DNA of 64,000 nucleotides from NCBI RefSeq assembly GCF_006345805.1, contig NC_042999.1:39432001-39496000 (forward strand). The letters are read 5' to 3'. Source of the stretch: Octopus sinensis (lineage: Eukaryota). Under the pieces are notes generated by a model. It saw only the letters and a list, made by a program, of their open reading frames with translations, searched no databases and was not told the origin of the DNA. This document shows positions 25,916 to 39,070 of this stretch, in pieces (the stretch's first letter is position 1; every line of letters starts with the position of its first letter). Position numbers and translations under genes: made by a program.

Positions 25916-26659
25916 ACTAAAAGTTAATCTTCCATAACATACACGACAGAGAACAGAATAGTCCGTGTGCGAACCTACTTCGATGAATCAAGTAACATCT
26001 GAACAAAGAAAAGTACTTGTATTTTCCATTTTTTCCACATAAACTAAAAAATATTTCTTATGCAGGTATGTATGCAAATATATATACACAGACACAGGCA
26101 TACACATATACACATTCACGCATACACACAGACTCATATTCAGACACATATAGATAAATTGTGCCTGTAACTACGTACTTCAGTTGCTTTCACACCTGCC
26201 AATATCTCGATTTCTGTTCTTTTGTGTGTACGTCTGTGGTCAGTTAATGCGTCTGTCGCAACACATATCTAAAGTCGTTCCGGCAATTATCAGCTAATCA
26301 GACTTAGTAACATACATTGTCTAGGTTTCGTAAAAGAACATTATTGTCGAAAGAATATACTTTACAGACAAATAAGAAACCGTAAAATGTAGCTTACCAA
26401 ATGGACGCCTCTCAAGAAATAATACATTCTCTGGAAGATTATGTAAAGCAACACGAAACAATATGATCAATGCACATGTTGTATATATCTCTATTTGAAG
26501 TGTTCAGGGTTTTTTTTCTTTCATTTATAAAAAATTTCATCGAAAGAGACGTAGGCACACACAAACAGCGCATATAAAGATAAAAGACCATAAATACTTA
26601 TATATATATATATATATATCTACGAAGAGAAACCTATAAAATGAAGTAACCTATAAAAT

Positions 26660-27480
26660 GAAGGAAGTTTATAGATGCCTGAAGAATTCTGTCCTTCCAG
26701 CCCCTGTAGGGCTGCCAGTCTAAGGGTGCCACCTTCATTACCATTCACATCTTATCACCAACCTACCGCCCAGATCAAGAGATGTAAGGATTATCAAAAT
26801 AGCATTGCAACCCCGACACCCGAACCCGACAGACAACATAGCCATCGAAAATCATCGAAAATGGGCACTAATGCTTGCGCATTAGAAATTCTTATCTCGC
26901 TAATTGCAGCCACATCTCAATCGAGCGACCTGAAGTCGTTTAGCAAGTTACCTTGCTTCCAAGCTGACTCCAGGCCACGAAAATTCACACACCTTACTCT
27001 CAAAACGACCATGTTTATCGGAGAAACGAAATGGATGAAAATTACTTCCCTTGGATTTTGAGAGGGTCGTCTGATTCAGCTAGTACTTCTGATGCATTAT
27101 CATTGATGAAGAGCCTTATACGGCTTTAGTCTAGAAGCACAATGTTATTTGGGTAATTTTAAACTTATAGATAAGTGTTTGTGTCCGTTTTTATCAGCTG
27201 TCTGTCATAGGGAGATTTTGACAGAAGTTCGTCAAACCCTACTCCTTTTGTTTGAATATTTGTGTTTTCCCTACTTCCTGCGTCAGTTCACTGTTGTTCT
27301 TACGAACGGCTGTGAAGTTGATGAGGCTTTCGGGGTTCTCTAGTAAATTGTATGAGTTGTTCTTGTGATTGTTGTTACTTTTTCTCTATTTGTTTACCTG
27401 CCACCGTGTACCTTTTACCAAGGAGTGTCCCTACACAGCTAATCACCAGGAGCACCTTTGGATTTAACCATCCCTTTGAG
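26660..27480 (-). mobile_element. L1/Tx1-like LINE remnant (ORF1 end and endonuclease N-terminus)
   Basis: Minus strand: LRVRCVNFRGLESAWKQGNLLNDFRSLD*DVAAISE...GVGVAMLF, resembling the start of an L1-type APE (xNVRGL, QET-like, GVA motifs). Confidence 0.6.
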
Positions 27481-27535
27481 GTTTTAAACACCTCTAACTT
27501 ATACCTACATATCTATATATATATATGCATGTATG

Positions 27536-27645
<110 letters not shown>

Positions 27646-27973
27646 GAACCCCTTGATTAAATATTCCACATATTTTATGTGCGACTCTTTGAAGGAATTT
27701 TATTAAGAATTTATTTTTAAAATATTGCTTACGTTCATTTCTGTTCTTCTTAAAGGCGCGCAAACACATATATACACACATATACACACAGCCGTATAAA
27801 CAGATTTTTCTATAAAATATCTGCGAAATTGTAATCACAGTAACAGAATTCTTCTCAGTGACTCCATTCTAATATCACGTAAAACGTTTTTTTTTTTTGT
27901 AGAGAATCATATTTGATACTTATTTTCTGGCCCGTTAGTGGCTAAACACAGTGAAAAATAAATTTTCTCTCAC

Positions 27974-28051
27974 CGGATGAAGATAATTTTTTGTGAAGTA
28001 TATTTTCAAAGGTATTTAAATCATGCGTAATATTTGTAGCTGAATCGTAAG
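27974..28051 (-). CDS. Candidate internal exon (YDSATNITHDLNTFENILHKKLSSS)
   Basis: Acceptor ttttcattgttatAG, donor CCG/GTgaga, 78 nt, one open frame, phase 1-1. Confidence 0.3.
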
Positions 28052-29190
28052 CTATAACAATGAAAATTATTAAATTTCCGTCTCTCTTTGTGAAGGAAAT
28101 ACTGAAGCAAATTTTTAGGTTTAAATTAAATAGTGAATTTCTACAGAGATTAAATTTAGTGGAAGGTTAATAGTAGCATAAAAATTATGAATACTCAAGT
28201 AAAATCTCTGATGGGATAATTTATTGCGATTATCTGTTGCGTAGTATATATTAAAATAGCTTTAGCAGACGAACAAATCGGAGCTTTGTGAAACATGTCT
28301 CCCGTTTTTCAACATTGCTTCCTCCCCGAGGGTTTTAACTCTGTCACGTTTAGGTCCTATTTATTGGATACCCGCTTTTCGTTCTAGCAGTAATGGAGAA
28401 TAATAGTCTATAGAGTTGTGATGTTCATAGTCGCAGACTAGTAATTTAACATATCATATTGCCTTATGATATTATAGATACGGTAGATGGGCATATATAA
28501 CCTACGGGGCAAATCTAATTCGCTTCTAGTACTGCAAACAAGTCATGTACATACCCAACACTGAAGCACAGATACTTTAATACGTATAATAGGACAATTA
28601 TTCATTCACGTGTATTGGTTTTGGAAAATGGCAATATTGTTGCCTGTCAAAATCCTATATCTTCTACGTAATGCTATTTTGATTGTCTTTTAAATCGTTT
28701 AACCTGTTTCGATCCGATTTCCACAAATTACCTGACCCTGACGTGGCTATCGTCCTCAGTTGTCGCCATCGTTTCTCATGTCTCAAGACTATTAAGTTAT
28801 AACCCCTTTCTCTTTAACTATATTTTCTCGAAAACTTAGTTTACCTCCAAGATTTCTATTCTCATTCTTTAATGACGAAATAGCGTCATGTATTTACCAT
28901 TGATCTGTTGGTTGTTGGAACTTTCTCAGTATTATTGCGATTTCTATTTCAAAACAATTGAGAGGATATATAGAATAAACTACTATAATAACATCAGGAT
29001 TGATTGTATTGGTGTAAAGCCCTTCTCTTACAATATTCCTAACTTTGCCCCTTAATCACATATATCATTTTCATTGAAAATGTCTATATGATTCTTGAGA
29101 CTTCTGGAATAGTTGACTTCATTGTGTTCGTCTAAATTTCACAGCTTGTATAAAAAGAAAAGTAAACGAACTATTAATTCTATTTAAAAA

Positions 29191-29594
29191 AATCAGTGAA
29201 TGTATTTCACTAGAAATATGTTTTCGGAGCGGATAGGCATCGACATCTAGCTGCTCTAGACTGATGATGAGCAATGACTCTGAAACTAGTCTCTGGTTGC
29301 TGGCTTTGCTGAGTGGATGTGCCTGTCTCTATTTTGAAAACATAAGGACACAGAAAATGCATCAAGTTCAACAGGAAACGATGTTTCCGAGGGCTAAATC
29401 ACAGTAGCATTCTTCCTTTCATGGGACAGTCATATTAAGTTGACAACATACTATCACTTTATCGTGTTACTGCTGCATAAATCTCTCTGAGAGATTTCGA
29501 AATGTATTATATCTATTTTCAAAAATCAGAGAATGTATTTCACTTGAAATATATAGGTTTTCAAAGGCATATAGTCACCGACAGCTAGCAAGCC
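29191..29594 (+). mobile_element. Retrozyme-like hammerhead repeat (family B): unit 1 and start of unit 2
   Basis: aatcagtgaatgtatttcactagaaat (29191) recurs at ~29524; HHR at 29256-29296; homologous to 11160-11600. Confidence 0.75.
29256..29296 (+). ncRNA. Minimal type I hammerhead ribozyme motif (family B)
   Basis: ctaga-CTGATGA-tgagcaatgactct-GAAACTAGTC-tctgg; GUC cleavage triplet ending at 29291; U.U at 10.1/11.1. Confidence 0.65.
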
Positions 29595-31545
29595 TGCGCC
29601 TTTTATAGTTTTTCGGGTCACTCATGGGTTCTGGTGGTGAGTTCCTCGACGTGAGTTCGAGTCGTTACACACTGATATTGTATGTTTTTTGTGTCTCCCC
29701 GCGCGCGTGAACCAAGATTCCTTGAATTGTTTAAATTGTTGAATTTTAGTCACTGTTTTGTTTGCATCTGTATATTCCCCGTTTACGAGAGAAGTGAAAA
29801 AGAAAGAGAGATGGAGAATAGACAAAGTCCCGCAGCGGCAACGACCCGTGGAATAAATGCCAACACCCTGGAAGTACAGGAAATAGAAATTGACACAAGA
29901 AAGTGGAGGGAAGGAAGCAAATTGGTAAAAAAGGAGGGAGCCAGTCTAAAGCCGACTCCTCCAGAAGAACTGTTGTCTACGACCTCGAACACGATAGAAT
30001 TAGCCCCAACATAAGAAATAGAGAAGTGTCTGGAAAAAGTTAAAAGATTGACCACATTCTATACACGTGGTAGAAAGTATGGCACAGTGTAAGTAAGGTG
30101 TGGCAACGAAGAAGATGCCATAAACCAATCCACGGACCTGTTACAGATAACAAAACGGATACTACTTCTGATATACTGTGGCAAACACGTTGCGAGATTG
30201 AGTGTTGGAAAAGTGCCCCCCGAAACCGAGGAAGAATGACCGGTGGCAGCCATACCGCACGAAATATAGAAGTAATGTTATTCAGCTGAATACACGTCAT
30301 TAATTGGTTGAAATTAGCGAAACACGACAACTTTAACACGAAATAACTTCGTAAATATAAACTTTTCTCAAAATCGCTAAGTGTAAAAGATGTGACACAT
30401 TCTACCAGTATACGAATTTTGAAAGTATTTAGTTACAAAAAATTATTTTGTAACTCTGCCGGACAAAAGGTAAAGATCCAATGGCGAAAACTGTGGATTT
30501 ACCAATCGGTGAAAAACTGAAAGTAATGCAGCAGGGGAGACCCCCAAAATGTTACGGATGCGGTGAAAGAGGACACCTGAGAAGAAAATGCCCTAGAGCA
30601 GCAGTACAAATGGTGGAAGAATAGCAGAAGCAGAGAACAGAGTATGATGGGAATTTGTCGGAAGTAAAACCCAGGAAAACAGAGGGAAGAAATTCACCGA
30701 CGACAGTGGAAGTGAAGAAGTGTAAAGGAATGGAAAAAGAAACTCAACCCACGACGAGAATTGGAGAAAACTTACCAGAGAAAGTACCAGCAAATGAATT
30801 AGAATAACAGAGTCATGCAGACCAGAAACAAGACAACCCAGAAGTACGGAAACCTAAAAACATAGACACACAGAAGAAACACTTATAATTACAGTCAAAC
30901 GAACACACAGACATACAAAAACACGAATGAACAGACTTAGAAACGAAGATACAAGAACACACAAAACAGCAGGAAAATACAAACAAAAAGAGACAACATG
31001 AAAAACAAATATAAAAGGAAAATGATAGTGAGATAGGACACCCCAACGTAAAGGATTGTGAACGTGAAAGACATTGTGAGAGACAGAAGAGGTAAGTCGA
31101 TACAATTTTGTAAAGACTGTATTTATTTATAATATTTATTTGAATTTTTAAGGAAAAAAAGATAAACAAGTAATTTTGCGAGTGTCGAATGAATACGTTT
31201 CCCAATGTTTAAAAAAAATTATGTGATGTACATTTGGTTGACATTAATTTAAAAAAAAAAAGGTAAAATAAGAAGTAAATCCTGTTTGAACATTTGTTTA
31301 AAAGGTGTAATTATAGAGCGAAAGCGAAAAATGTAAGCCGCAGTTTCGCCTCGGAGAGTGGCTAGAGGTTGTATCATAAGTTAATAGTAAAGGAATACAC
31401 GGTTTCATTTCGCAGCGGGACGAGATGGCCAGCTCATTTGCATTGTAAATTATTCATTTCACCTTCATCCTTCATATGTTTTATATTCCCGCTTGTATTT
31501 GTATGTCCCCTCTGTAATTAGGCCTTGTGCCTGATATAAAAGATT
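29595..31545 (+). mobile_element. LINE-derived element A (ORF1 remnant + 3' UTR, no ORF2), probably L1/Tx1-like, with flanking direct repeat
   Basis: Decayed frame MENRQSPAAATT...EIEKCLEKVKRLTTFYTRGRKYG...; 3' UTR 31411-31545; flanked by cagctagcaagc at 29582-29593 and 31546-31557. Confidence 0.6.
30296..30480. mobile_element. Short interspersed DNA-element-like insertion inside element A
   Basis: Compositionally distinct block (aattggttgaaatt...ggacaaaaggtaaagatcc) that interrupts the purine-rich ORF1 remnant. Confidence 0.4.
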
Positions 31546-31557
31546 CAGCTAGCAAGC

Positions 31558-32083
31558 TACTTTTGTTTTTTTGAAGAAATCGAAGCGAGAATTTTTGTGC
31601 GAAGCCACCATCGTTGGGTGGTAGTGAATAATGAAAGAAAAGAAAAGTTACGCAGAAGCTGCTGGAGGTCGAGATGCTATAGACCCACGTATGCTGAAGC
31701 CGAATTGGATGGAGAGGAATAAACAGAAGATACCAAAATATTATGGCATGAAAAAAAAGGGTCAAACGAAAAAGAAATGACCCTGGAAGAGGAGGAAAAA
31801 GGAAAACGGAAAGCAGAACGGTGATATTCTGATCATTTTCAAATGAAAATAGGAGAACAGAACACACACCGCAGGAAGAGATAGAGAAAATATTGAAGGT
31901 ACAAATGGATTAAGGAATAACTTTCTTTACAAGAGGGAGGAAATACGCAGCGGGAGCGAGATGGCCGGCTCATTTGCGTTGTAAATATATTCATTTTAGA
32001 TTCATCCTTCATATGTTTTATTTTCCCGCATGTCTTTGTATGTCCCTTCTGTAATTCGGCATTATGCCTGTAATAAAGAATTA
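31558..32083 (+). mobile_element. LINE-derived element B (ORF1 N-terminus fused to 3' UTR), related to element A
   Basis: MKEKKSYAEAAGGR... and EEIEKILKVQMD*GITFFTRGRKY, homologous to element A; 3' UTR 31947-32080 matches 31411-31545; followed by agctaggaagcc (32084-32095). Confidence 0.6.
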
Positions 32084-32440
32084 AGCTAGGAAGCCATGCT
32101 ACTCCAGACTGATGATGAGCAATGACTCTGAAACTAGTCTCTGATTGCTGGCTTTGCTGTGTGGAGGTGCTTCTCTCCCCTTTGAAGACATAAGGACACA
32201 GGTAATGTGTCAAGTGCAACAGGAAACGGTATTTCCTAGGGCTAAATAACAGTAGCATCACATCTTTGAACAGGGCTTTATTCTCAATTCAAATTCAAAC
32301 GAGTACGTGAAACTGTTAGGGACAACCATGATCAAAATTCGATTAGATAATGTTGCTACTGAAAGGTCAAATATGACGAAACATGATTCGGCTCCTTATC
32401 ACGTTAAGTTGGCAACATACAACCACTTTAACCATTTCTG
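32084..32440 (+). mobile_element. Continuation of retrozyme-like unit 2 (family B), with HHR at 32104-32144
   Basis: agctaggaagccatgctactccagaCTGATGAtgagcaatgactctGAAACTAGTCtctga...ctagggctaaataacagtagcat; resumes at ~32400 (cacgttaagttggcaacatac). Confidence 0.75.
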
Positions 32441-32509
32441 ACTTCTTTCAGCAGTCTGATAAGGGGGCAGATCCTGCTGCGTCATATATGGCCTTTCAGT
32501 AGCAACACT

Positions 32510-32940
32510 AATCAAATTTTGGCCACGGTCGTCTTCAACAGTTTCACATACTCGTTTGAACTGAGAATAAAGCCCTGTTCAAAGAAGTGGAGCGGCCTGA
32601 TATCACCCTCAGTGAAGACACACCAAAGTCCCTCGCAATTTCTGGCAATATGGTTGCCATGATAAGAGGGAAACATTTTACAGTCTGTACAGTGTTCACA
32701 TAGCACTGGGCAGTAGTCAACATGTCAGCGTCTGACACACTGCTCTAATCATCATTTTACAGGTAAAACTATTTTACTATTCAAATGGCCGTCATTTCTC
32801 AGTGTCTCCTAAAGATTTTTCTCAATTTCAACTTCAATATTCATGCTTTACAATGGCATTGATTGTTTCCCAATACATCAAGCTTTTCATTAAAAAATTA
32901 AGACATTAAAATTGTCAGATTTATCTCGAACCCCTAGTAC
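32510..32940 (-). mobile_element. Tc1/mariner transposon fragment with one terminus
   Basis: EGDIRPLHFFEQGFILSSNEYVKLL resembles SEGDVMPPHFF-type Tc1/mariner transposases; terminus-like gatttatctcgaacccctagTA at ~32918-32940. Confidence 0.65.
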
Positions 32941-34194
32941 TATAGATGTGTTTGACGTAAAGAAAAAAAGCTAGAAAATATTCACAAATAAACAAAAGGA
33001 ATCGTTTGGATCACTTCTTGGATAATTTCTCTACCTATTTTCTGCTTCAATAGGGGTCTTGTTGTTTCGTAGATAACTGGTTATCCACGTTGCCTGCGTG
33101 TATATATGCATTGATGTATCTATTTCCAAGAGCGTGATCACTTTCAATACATTTCGTGTCATCCAAAATGGAACATAGACAAACATACTGTGACATAGAT
33201 AGACAGATAGATAAATAGAGAGGGAGGGAGGGGGAGGGAGAGAGAAATAGAAACAGATAGACAGAGACATACATACATACAGAAAGCTAGAGAAAGGCAC
33301 ATAGAGAGAGGCAGAGAGAGAGAGAGAGAGAGGGGGGGAGAGAGAGATACAGACAGACAAAGGTATATTATACATTCACTTTTAAATTCTTGACTGAATT
33401 GTTAAAATGTAGTGTGTGTGTTAATTTGGAGTATCTGCCACTAATTAATTCCAAAGGACACAGTAGAGTCTACTGTTCTTGGTCCATTAGGAGCAATAGC
33501 AATTACATTAAGAAATTACTATTGATTTGCAACATCGATATATAGGTGTCCAATTAGACAGCTTGAAGCAGATGTGTCGTTTACATACATTGTCCCTCTG
33601 GAGAAATCTTTTCTCTGGTAGGATAAACAGCAGCCAAAAGCCTTATTCCAATTCGTTTGTGCAGGAACGTTTTGAGAATAAAGGTATGCATGTATGTATG
33701 TGTGTATATATGATTGTATGCATGTATGTATGTATCTATCTATCTATTATGTATTTATGTATGTATATGTCTGTTTCTTCATCTGTCAATCTCTATGTCT
33801 GTTTATCTGTCTATCTATCTGTCTATCTCTCGATCTGTCGATCTCTCTATCTGTCAATCTTTCCATCTGTCTAGATACAGAGATTGACAGATGTTTGTAG
33901 ATTTCTCGTTGTTCCGAAAGCAATACGCAAGAACAAACAACATATATGCAAGACAGTACAAATAGTTGCAATGTTTAATTTAAACAGAATAGCTGGGCCA
34001 AGAGGTAATTTCTTGGTGTATGTTCATAATGTGCACTGCAAGATGTTTTCACGGGGGGGAGCTTTGGTCATATAATTATTACTTTAGGTAATTTGTAACT
34101 GATAATGAAATCTTTAATTATGATATATTGTTTGTATTGTATTGTGAAAATGTATGTTTGTTTGTTTGTATGCAAAATCCTATCAATAGCTCCG

Positions 34195-34256
<62 letters not shown>

Positions 34257-35750
34257 CACTTAGAAATGGATGTGTGCGTTCCGTCATATAATAACAAATT
34301 AATAAATAAAACATATGCATATGCACGTACCTACATCTACATGTATATCTACATGCATATATGGGTACAGGACACCAAAGAAACATCGAACACAATGAGG
34401 AACCAAAACATAAGCACAAAACCAAGGAAATGGACATTTTTCTTAAACAACGAAAAAATAGAGTACAGGACATACAACACAAGGAATATTCCCCTTCTTC
34501 AGTCGCCTCTGTTTCATCTACTCCGCGTTTCGAAGGTCAAGGCGAGACGCGACTTATTTGAAACATTCCTTCCCACAAAAAGCAAATTAAATAAGATTTG
34601 AGATTTTTTGCGGAGGGGTAAAAATTGTAACAAAAACAGGACAGTAAAGGCAGCGACAGGGAGAGAAAGAGAGATACATACACACGCATGCATATATATG
34701 TATCTATGTATGTATCAATTACTGAGTGTAAAAGATATAGCCATTCAAAAACACACAAAAGCTTCATTTATTCATTTATTGCTTCCAGTCATATTAACTG
34801 CGATGAGATCACTAATGTACTTCGCCTGCAACTAAAACCAAGGTCGAAGTTACTGCAAAAATAAGGTTTTCTTGTGCCTTTGAATAACTAACTTGCATTT
34901 TCCACGCTGTGCCATACTTTAAACAGACGGTCTCAGATGAGAAAATCAAATGAACAAAGAAGTACGCCTCCAAAATATATACACACACATATACATAGAG
35001 AGGCAGTGAGCGAGAGAAGAAATGAGAGAGACACAGACGAAAAGTGTTGAGGTGTCAAATGATTGTAAGCCTCGAACAAAATGCATTGATTTCATTAGTT
35101 TTCATATACATTTAGTTCATATACCTACGATATCGACACCAAGCAATATGAATGAAGTGCTATCCTCAATATAATGGCCTATTTTCCTGCTCGTAACATG
35201 TCAATTATTGAATTTAACACACACCAAGTTTAATAAAATATTACCACCTATCCATTTAAAACCACTGCGAACTAAGCATTGTTAAGTGTGCCCATGTACC
35301 GTTTTACCATTCTGGCAGAACGTCATTTTGTTCGAAGAAAAAACAGTTTTACTGGATATATTTTGTGAATAGTTGTAGCATAAAGTACCTATCATGAATA
35401 TTTTATTAGAAGCACTGAAGTTTCTAATCATATCTGAGAATGTATTTCGTGTAATTTTTCTTAAGTATTATTTGATTTTCACCAAATTTCCAAAAGGTGT
35501 GTATACACGCGTAAAGATATATTTTTTTAACTCAGCCATGATTTACCAGACGATACAATAAGGTGTGGTATTGCTTCAAATAGAATCTAATAATGTTAAG
35601 ACAATATACGTGCAGAAAAATGTATAACCCGCCTCCACCCACATATAAACTCACAGATATATGAATACACACACATAGATGTAAATATGCATATTTACCG
35701 ACGTACTTATTCATAAATCATTATATGATATATGTGGGCATGCGTGCATG

Positions 35751-35859
<109 letters not shown>

Positions 35860-37144
35860 ATATATACATACATATCCATATATGAATACTAGTTTTGATT
35901 TGTTTTTGTTTACAGTATATAGAAATTCGATTTTTATTTTTCTCGACATATTTATGCATAGTTACTGTACAAAATGCCACTGTCTAAATATATAAATATT
36001 TTTGAATATCTGTAAGAAAGCACTTGAACATAGATGAATGTGTGTATCACTTTGAATTTATATACGTAATTGGGTATACGAAGAGGTTGACATTTGCTGG
36101 AGAAAAAATATGAAACCATCTTTATTCTTGTTTATCTGACTATGTAATCGCATTTCCTTAGTGATAAGAAGAATGTAACTGGTTTTATTGAAAGGAAAAT
36201 AAATATTGTTTGAACAATATGCGTAATCATATGCATACATACATGCACCATAATATACGCAAATACATATACATACATATATATCTATATATCTATATCT
36301 ATATATACGTATATATATATGTGTGTGTGTGTATATAGTGTGTGTTTAGGTATATGTATACATACATACATATATATATATATATGTGTGTTGGGGGGTG
36401 TATAGGTGTGTGTGTTTGTGAAAATATGCGTATGCATCTGTCTGTGCGTACATTTTTTATGGCAAAAACAAATTAAATTAAATTTATGTATATACACAAA
36501 AGCGTACACACACGCAACATATAATTATTATGAGAATATAAATCTACTCAGTATCTTACACATATTCTTTTTACCACAAATAAAACATATATACGTGTAT
36601 CTGTCTTTTTTATTGCGTCAGTATGTTTTCATGGTCTTTATGTTTGTATGTAACTCACCGTGAATAAATGTATTTTAATATAAGTAGATATTAAATATAT
36701 TTATTCCATAGTATCAGATACGTTTATATCTTTCTACCTGAGTACTTTAGAAATATATTCACGTATCCTCATTTAATTAACAAAATTTATCGGGCACCGC
36801 TAGCATATTTCTGCGTCTGTTGCGATGTGTATGCATAAACATATATCTTCATACCTAGATATGAGCGCACAAACACATATATCCATGTATATATGTGTGC
36901 GTCTGTGTGTGTATATATATGCATATATATATATACACACATATATGTATATATATATATATAATGATATACATATAAATACATATATATACACACATTG
37001 TTACATGTACGTACATCTTTCTATATATATGTATAAAGATACATAAAAATGTATGTATTATATATTTACACACACACCCACAAGCACACATGCATGGGCA
37101 GACACACATGGACACACATATATGTATGTATGTAAATATATATA

Positions 37145-37258
<114 letters not shown>

Positions 37259-37386
37259 TATATAGTAGATTTTGCGTCTGCCGGGTAGATTTTGCGTCTG
37301 CGCAGAGATTTGAAAAGTTGAGACCTGCAAGTTGTTTAGATCAACACATGGTCTAACACGCTGCGCATCTCGATTTAACTCCGGAT

Positions 37387-37466
37387 TCTCGCTGATGAAA
37401 CCGGCCTTAGCAAACATATTCTGTCTGTTTTGCTAGAAAGAGGTAGAAACTGATATCAGTCCGGGA
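37387..37466 (+). ncRNA. Type I hammerhead ribozyme motif (family D) with an extended stem II
   Basis: tctcg-CTGATGA-aacc...tagcaaac/gttttgcta...aggta-GAAAC-TGATATCAG-TC-cggga: stem I tctcg/cggga, palindromic ACTGATATCAGT, GUC triplet ending at 37461. Confidence 0.65.
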
Positions 37467-37671
37467 TGTATCGTTATTGGTAAATGTTTTTGATTTTCAC
37501 TCTCGATAAATTTATCCCTTTTTTGTGTCACTAGCACTTGGCATCCTTATTGAGGAGCCCATAATTATATTTCTACATGAATAATATATTTCTATATGAA
37601 TAATATTTTGTCTAATGACAAATTCGTCCTTTGTGCTGGGCCACTGGTAGTAATCTATATCATTACCCTTT

Positions 37672-37714
<43 letters not shown>

Positions 37715-39025
37715 AAAGAAATGAAACTTCAGTTTCTACGAAATATGAAATGTTTATATATTTGTTTTCAAATTTTTTATATGGACAATAACTTCGTAAA
37801 CGGTGCTCTATATTTCTTAATTTGTCATACACATGTGGACATGGTACTGCTTATGAACTAATTTAAAACTGAAATTTAAAACTCGGGAGATAAACAGTTT
37901 ACGTGCAATCATTCCGTAACAAAGAATCGACGAGCATTAAAGCATTACTTCATTATGTAAGTATATTAACTAATATATATATACATTGTTTTTGATCACG
38001 ATATCATTTAAAGATTTCTTTAAATAGAAGCTATCAACATCTTTGATAATAGTATCAAAATTTCCTATTCATAACCGCTATGCTTCTTAGAACAGTGTCA
38101 AATGAAATAAATTATCGCCAAGTACTAATGCATTATCAAGCGATGTAACATGTTAGACAGTACTATGTGTGTTTTAAAGATGAGAAATAAATCAACTGTA
38201 TTTAAATGATAGAATATCTTGTCCTAACATCACCATGCGTGTTTTCTTAATATCAGTTTTTGCTTCGCTTATTGGTTTTTCAGAGTTCCAGCACCTTTGA
38301 AATGTTTTTATCATTGATATTTGTATTGCCTCTTCTGAAATGTCATTATACGCCTCTAGGATATTATACATATAGTTTAATGTAGAGAATTTATTTTTAA
38401 CAAGTGACTACAAAAATTATCGCTATGCTCGAGAATTAAGCACTGTAATTTGGGTCATGTAATTTGGGTTATTTATATCGACATATTATATGCAGAAATC
38501 TAATCTCCAATTTATTGCTAAATATCACGCAAACAGTATAAATCTTGTTTGTTTTAGACGTACATAATTAGATTGGGAGACAATAGAATAGCGTTTCAGA
38601 AACATTTTCTGTTGGGATATGACAAATAATCTAACATTATGAATATATGAATTGCACTATAAATTTTATTCTTGGAGAATAATAAATAATAAATTTGACG
38701 GGTTTGTGATTCAGAGGAGAATCATTTGTTTCTTAAGAATCCATGGCAATTTATAAGTAATTATTCTTATTATACTATTTAGTAGTACAGGACTATCTCA
38801 CTACGAACTCGTTAAAAATTTATATCAAATTAAATTCATGTTAAATGTCTTATAGCAATTTCTGTTATTCCTTTCAAACCTATGTCAAGCCTAATGTAGT
38901 GGATTCGCAAGAGAAAAGTTTTGGGACGTTTACTAATATTATGATCCCTCAAATGTCTTCCATCTTTATGGATTTGAACCAAAGCCTCTATTTCCGTTCA
39001 CTTTCTTATCTAGATATCGTCCTCA

Positions 39026-39070
<45 letters not shown>

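Noticed and set aside
33221-33340. G-quadruplex-like GGGA repeats
   Set aside because: Part of an ordinary GA-rich simple repeat, with no context suggesting function.
34470-34550. Minus-strand GAAAC...CTGAAGA as a permuted (type II) hammerhead
   Set aside because: Stem I does not pair and stem II would consume core residues; probably a decayed PLE terminus.
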